Below, one piece after another: positions 36,043 to 37,436 of a stretch of 37,436 nt of DNA. The stretch is taken from the NCBI GenBank assembly GCA_021432655.1, contig MU271631.1, positions 1-37,436 of the forward strand, read 5' to 3'. Under the pieces are notes generated by a model. It had not been told where the DNA came from. It was given only the letters and a program-made list of their open reading frames with translations, and ran no database searches. Position numbers and translations under genes: made by a program. Each line of letters begins with the position of its first letter. The first letter of the stretch is position 1. This stretch comes from Atractiella rhizophila. Its lineage: Eukaryota.

Positions 36043-36355
36043 CTGCGTTGTCTTCGCCGTAAAGATGTGGATTTGATGCTCTTACCTGCAAACTGCTACA
36101 TAGCTGTGCAGACAGTATCAGAACCACTCTTCATTGAGAATGCAAATAGTTTGGATTCGATTCGCATGTTTTGAATAAGATTGCACTGTGAAGGTTTCGT
36201 GACAGTCATGATGAATATAGTACATTGAGCCAAAAGGCATGAGAAACAAGGCGAATCAAACAGTCCACTTTTTTTGTACATGTTTTACCTCCTACGATAC
36301 GATGAAGTTCAAATAATGTGTGTCAAGAAGATTCCATCTTCACCTCTTCGCTTCT

Positions 36356-37436
36356 TCACTCGTGACTCCGCTTCATGAGGCCGGAATGATCCAGAGTCGC
36401 TCCAAACATGGCCTTCAGGAAGTCGAGATCTGAGCTCGAAGGTTCCGACTCCTCGAACTGTGGATGTGAATTCGAGCGCGACCTGTCGTCCCATCCGAGA
36501 GAGGATGAAGGCGCTGGTGGGGTGAGGAGTTGATGTGAGTCGAAGTAGGGATATGAAGCGGAGGGTGAAGGTGTGAGCTCGGCGGCAGTGGTGGTGGTCG
36601 ACGAAGAGGAAGAGTGCATGAGTGCCAACGAAGTCGCGGCGACGTTATTCATGAGCGCGTGCAGCGATTCGTCGAATACCGGGCTTTGTTCCACCCTTCC
36701 TCCCGTCGGTGGAAGATATGGAAAGCTCGCGTGTTGATGTTGAGAGCCTTGTGATTCTAACAGTCGCCTGATCTTTGCATCCATCTCGCTGCTCCAAAAT
36801 CCCGCTCCATTCTCACCACCAAACTGCTGGCTCTTCACCTCAGCTCGGATGCCCATGTCTGCGCTGTTCGTAGCCAACATGGCTTCGAGTTCTGGCGAGT
36901 ATGCTGGGCTGGGTTGAAAGTATTCGGGGTACTGGATGTGGTCAAAGTAGCCCGATGGAGCGTAGTTGTCACGAGGGACAAACGACAGCCCTGTGTCTTT
37001 GAGTGCGATCTTGTGGGAGGGAGGGGAGGTGGGGGTCGTTCGTGCTGGAATGGAATGAGTGGGAGCGGAAGAAAGGCTCCAACGCTGACGGGTAGGACGG
37101 TCGAAGCTGTAAGCACGCTTTTCGAGCGTACACCGCTCGCAGGGTAGTGAGCCTGAACATTTCAACCTTTCGAGCGAAAGAAGTCAACAATGACATCTTT
37201 GAGGGGAATGAGATTGCGCTCACTTCCGTTGGGAGCAGTGATCGCATGCCTTCAACGAAGGTACGTTGCGAGGTTGCTGCCTTCCTGAAGGACAGGGACC
37301 TATTGTCGGCTTCTTTCCTTCTGGAGGGGAATTATTGGCCGACTTTGATTGGCGGCACTGTTATCACCTGCTTCAGCTTATCGCCTTCGTGAAGCTTTAG
37401 GAACCTGCGCACGTATTGATCCATATGTCGCTTCAG
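36356..37436 (-). CDS. Transcription factor with the end of a C2H2/C2HC-type finger plus a Zn2Cys6-like cluster; 5' part lies outside the window
   Basis: Spliced LKRHMDQY|CRQSK..SLKACDHCSQRK|LKCSGSLPCERCTLEKRAYSF, followed by an S/P-rich and acidic tail to the stop at 36356. Confidence 0.8.

Overview
Eukaryotic, gene-dense fungal DNA, most likely basidiomycete (inferred from ~50-70 nt GT-AG introns with CTRAC/CTGAY branch sites and a DUF6534-like membrane protein). The supplied ORF track fragments most genes, so the models below were spliced by eye. Genes in order: Clg1/Pcl-type cyclin (+), Atf1-like bZIP (+), trypsin-fold probable pseudoprotease (-), ArfGAP (+), an intact 'MGTRG..YNHFDSYP..CEWAY' orphan gene with two decayed sister copies (-), enoyl-CoA hydratase (-), PPM1 (+), GH55 exo-beta-1,3-glucanase (-), a 1379-bp tandem duplication of an S/P-rich gene, an INO80E/Iec3-like coiled-coil gene (-), secreted alpha-carbonic anhydrase (+), DUF6534-like multi-TM protein (+), small HMG-box-like ORF (+), NDUFB2-like complex I subunit (-), a hypothetical gene (-), and a zinc-finger/Zn2Cys6 transcription factor whose sixth Cys is Tyr (-). 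No rRNA, tRNA, CRISPR or recognisable transposase was seen. I cannot establish a new multi-gene system. The best leads are the birth-and-death MGTRG family, two ~0.5 kb introns in a head-to-head gene pair, the degenerate protease, the Cys-to-Tyr zinc cluster and the tandem duplication. All family assignments come from recalled motifs, not database searches.
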